A DNA stretch of 14,798 nucleotides from an archaeon. Its GTDB lineage: Archaea; Iainarchaeota; Iainarchaeia; Iainarchaeales; CSSED10-239. Shown here one piece after another: positions 12,246-14,798 of the stretch. How positions within the stretch are numbered: the first letter of the stretch is position 1; each line of letters opens with the position of its first letter. The DNA lies in the NCBI GenBank assembly GCA_037147375.1, contig JBAWVI010000015.1, positions 1 through 14,798 of the forward strand. The letters run 5' to 3'. The notes under the pieces were generated by a model, which was not told the DNA's origin, did not search any database, and saw nothing but the letters and a program-made list of their open reading frames with translations. The translations under genes and the position numbers were made by a program.

Positions 12246-13244
12246 ATGAATAAAGAAAAGATAATTATATCTATTAAAGATCTTAATAAGACTTTTAAAA
12301 CAAAGGTGAGTGAGCCTGGAATTAAAAGTGGATTTAAAAACATCTTCAATCCTCAGTATAAAATAATTAAAGCTGTGAATAATATCTCTTTTGATGTACG
12401 TGAAGGAGAGCTTGTTTCGTTTATTGGTCCAAATGGAGCTGGTAAATCAACTACACTTAAAATGTTATCTGGTATCTTGCATCCAGACTCAGGAACTATT
12501 AAAGTAAATAATTTAAGTCCACAAAAAGAACCTCAAAAACTATCTTATAAGATAGGTACTATATTTGGGCAAAAACCACAATTGTGGTTTCATCTTCCAC
12601 CAATTGATTCATTTAATCTATTTTCTAAGATATATGATTTAGATCAAAAGGAATTTAAAAAAAGATTAGAATATCTAATAAATAGTTTTGAAATAAATGA
12701 ATATATTAATCAACCAGTAAGAAAATTATCACTAGGACAAAGAATGAGGTGTGAGTTTGTTCTTGCTCTTCTTCATAATCCAAAGATTCTTTTTCTTGAT
12801 GAACCAACTATAGGAATGGATATTATTGTTAAGAAAACAATTAGAGAATTAATTAAAAAAATTAATGATGAAGAAAAAGTAACTGTTATTTTAACAAGTC
12901 ATGATATGGGTGATATTGAAAGTATAGCAAATAGAGTAATTGTAATCAACCACGGTGCAATTGTTTATGATGATTCTTTTGAAAATTTAAAGAAAAATTA
13001 CATAAAAAAGAAGATAATTAGAATAGTTACTGAAAATGAAATTAAAAACATAAATACAAAAGAAATGAAGATAATTGAAAAAACAAAGTATTCTCTTGAG
13101 TTTGAAATAAACACAAAAAAATTATCAATTCATGCAGTAATTGATTATCTTATGAAGGAAAACAAGGTTAAAGATATTTCAATTAAGGAACCACCAATAG
13201 AAGAGATAATTGAGGAAATTTACAAAAAGGAAGAAATACAATGA
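12246..13244 (+). CDS. ABC transporter ATP-binding protein (ABC-2 type, COG4586-like)
   Basis: Walker A GPNGAGKST, Q-loop GQKPQ, signature LSLGQRMR, Walker B ILFLDEPTIGMD and H-loop TSHDM are present. It is followed by two DUF990/ABC2_membrane_6-type permeases, the typical partners. Confidence 0.85.
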   Translation: MNKEKIIISIKDLNKTFKTKVSEPGIKSGFKNIFNPQYKIIKAVNNISFDVREGELVSFIGPNGAGKSTTLKMLSGILHPDSGTIKVNNLSPQKEPQKLSYKIGTIFGQKPQLWFHLPPIDSFNLFSKIYDLDQKEFKKRLEYLINSFEINEYINQPVRKLSLGQRMRCEFVLALLHNPKILFLDEPTIGMDIIVKKTIRELIKKINDEEKVTVILTSHDMGDIESIANRVIVINHGAIVYDDSFENLKKNYIKKKIIRIVTENEIKNINTKEMKIIEKTKYSLEFEINTKKLSIHAVIDYLMKENKVKDISIKEPPIEEIIEEIYKKEEIQ

Positions 13245-14050
13245 GCATCCTCAAAAGATTAAATAAATATAAAGAAATTGCAAAAATTAATTTCAAGAAT
13301 AGTTTTGTTTATATCTGGGATAGCTTGGTTGGGAAAAGTGCATTTATTGCTTTAATTATATTTATTTTTGCTCAAATTTGGATAACTATATTTGCACTTA
13401 ATGGAGTAGAAACAATTGAAGGATTTACTCTTCTAATGATGATTTGGTACGTTGTAATTGCTGAATCAATAGTTATATCACTTGGAATAATTATGATTGA
13501 AATTGGAAATGAAGTGAAATCAGGAGAAATTGCAAACTATTTAAATAAGCCTTATCATTATGTTCTATACAAATATGCACAAACAATAGGAAAAGCAATA
13601 TTTACTTTTTTACTAACCTTTATTGTTGCTGGTCTTGTAGCATACTTAACTATTGGATTTCCTATAATTAAACTATATACAATTCCATTTATTTTTATTA
13701 TTTGTTTCTTAGCTATAACCTTAAATTTTATATTAATGATGATATTTGGTTTATTTGCATTCTGGATAGAAGAAACTAGTGGTTTATATTTTATTTATCA
13801 AAAATTAGTGTTTACTGTAGGAGGTATGCTTGTTCCACTTGAAATTTTTCCTTTGTGGCTAGCAAAGATTGGTTTAATTCTACCATTTAGTTATATTGCA
13901 TATCATCCTGCTAAATTATTTGTAATGTTTGATTTTATTTATTTTATAAATATTTTAATTGTACAGCTTGCATGGATAGTTGTATTTATGTGTATTTGTT
14001 TATTTGTTTATTCAAAAATTGCAAAGAAGGTGAGTATTAATGGTGGTTAA
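13241..14050 (+). CDS. ABC-2 family permease (COG4587/COG3694-type, uncharacterised transport system)
   Basis: ATGA overlap with the ATPase gene. It is a 269-aa protein with about 6 TM segments immediately downstream of the ATPase. Confidence 0.7.
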   Translation: MSILKRLNKYKEIAKINFKNSFVYIWDSLVGKSAFIALIIFIFAQIWITIFALNGVETIEGFTLLMMIWYVVIAESIVISLGIIMIEIGNEVKSGEIANYLNKPYHYVLYKYAQTIGKAIFTFLLTFIVAGLVAYLTIGFPIIKLYTIPFIFIICFLAITLNFILMMIFGLFAFWIEETSGLYFIYQKLVFTVGGMLVPLEIFPLWLAKIGLILPFSYIAYHPAKLFVMFDFIYFINILIVQLAWIVVFMCICLFVYSKIAKKVSINGG

Positions 14051-14798
14051 GATTAATACTATTAAGAGTTATCTTACTCTTCACTTAGCATACTTTAAGC
14101 TTGCATTAAAAACAGCAATGGAATATAAAGCAAATTTTATTATTCAAGTAATCTCAATGTTTCTAAATGATGTAGTTTGGATATTCTTTTGGGGAATATT
14201 CTTAACTAAGTTCAATAATATTAATGGATGGGCACTAAGTGATATGGTGTTACTTTATTCAATGATTACAATTGCATTTGGTGTTGCTGGACTTTTCTTT
14301 GGTGGACATAAAAGAATATCTAAACTTATTGTTGAAGGGCAACTTGATTATTTTTTAACTTTACCTAAAAACTCATTATTTCATGCAATTATTTCAAAGG
14401 GAAGTTGGTTTGATTTAGGAGATATCTTGTTTGGAGTAGTACTTGCTATAGTATTTGTACCTTTAGTTAAGTTACCATTATTATTAATATTACTTATCCC
14501 TGCAATAATTATATTAATTTCATTTGGAATAATAGCAGAATCATTATCTTTCTATATAGGTAATTCACAATCATTATCTAGTACTTTATATGAAGCTATA
14601 GTTACATTTGGAGCATATCCATTAAGTATACATCATGGTGTCACAAAATTTATTGTAATGTTTATTATTCCTGCAGGAATGATGGTAGGAGTTCCAGTTA
14701 TTTTAATTAATCAATATTTTAATTGGTTATGGTTTCTATTAATATATGCATTTTCAATAGGAATATTTCTTATTGCAATTTATGTGTTTTATAAGGGA
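14040..14798 (+). CDS. Second ABC-2 family permease, partial (3' end beyond window)
   Basis: Absent from the ORF track because no stop is present. Manual translation from ATG 14040 gives MVVKINTIKSYLTLHLAYFKLALKTAMEYKANFIIQVISMFLNDVVWIFFWG...GQLDYFLTLPKN... and is open for 253 codons to the window end. It overlaps the previous gene by 11 nt and is polytopic. Confidence 0.7.
   Translation, partial: MVVKINTIKSYLTLHLAYFKLALKTAMEYKANFIIQVISMFLNDVVWIFFWGIFLTKFNNINGWALSDMVLLYSMITIAFGVAGLFFGGHKRISKLIVEGQLDYFLTLPKNSLFHAIISKGSWFDLGDILFGVVLAIVFVPLVKLPLLLILLIPAIIILISFGIIAESLSFYIGNSQSLSSTLYEAIVTFGAYPLSIHHGVTKFIVMFIIPAGMMVGVPVILINQYFNWLWFLLIYAFSIGIFLIAIYVFYKG

Noticed and set aside
1-14798. CRISPR arrays, rRNA/tRNA genes, long tandem or inverted repeats
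   Set aside because: Coding density is very high. The few intergenic spacers (at most about 160 nt) contain only short hairpins and motifs, with no regularly spaced repeats over 20 nt and no conserved tRNA or rRNA sequence blocks by eye.

Overview
AT-rich window (by eye about 25-30% GC, not computed) that looks archaeal. Shine-Dalgarno motifs match the archaeal 16S 3' end (GGTGAT, GGTGA, AGGAGG). Several TATA-like boxes sit about 25 nt before ATGs, and there are class III (prepilin-type) signal peptides plus FlaI/FlaJ-type genes. A small-genome, DPANN-like archaeon is my inference only. Minus strand 1-7645 is a type IV pilus-like cluster. It encodes an oversized FlaJ/TadC-like platform protein (744 aa), an unknown cytoplasmic 165-aa protein and an unknown 5-TM 167-aa protein. 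It also encodes four proteins with [KR]-G-[Q/D]...LLI class III N-termini, one a minimal 71-aa pilin and one apparently split by a 1-nt frame change, plus two more N-terminally anchored proteins. A PIN (DUF3368-like) / UPF0175-like toxin-antitoxin pair sits in the middle of the cluster. Downstream on the plus strand is a ferredoxin / GNA1-like GNAT / endonuclease IV-like TIM-barrel operon, followed by a convergent zinc-ribbon gene. Next come the FlaI/VirB11-family secretion ATPase, tightly followed by a CofE (F420 ligase)-like protein. The window ends with an ABC-2 type transporter (ATPase plus two permeases, the last cut by the window edge). I recognised no rRNA, tRNA, CRISPR array, integrase or transposase. 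All family assignments come from motif recognition by eye; no searches were run.
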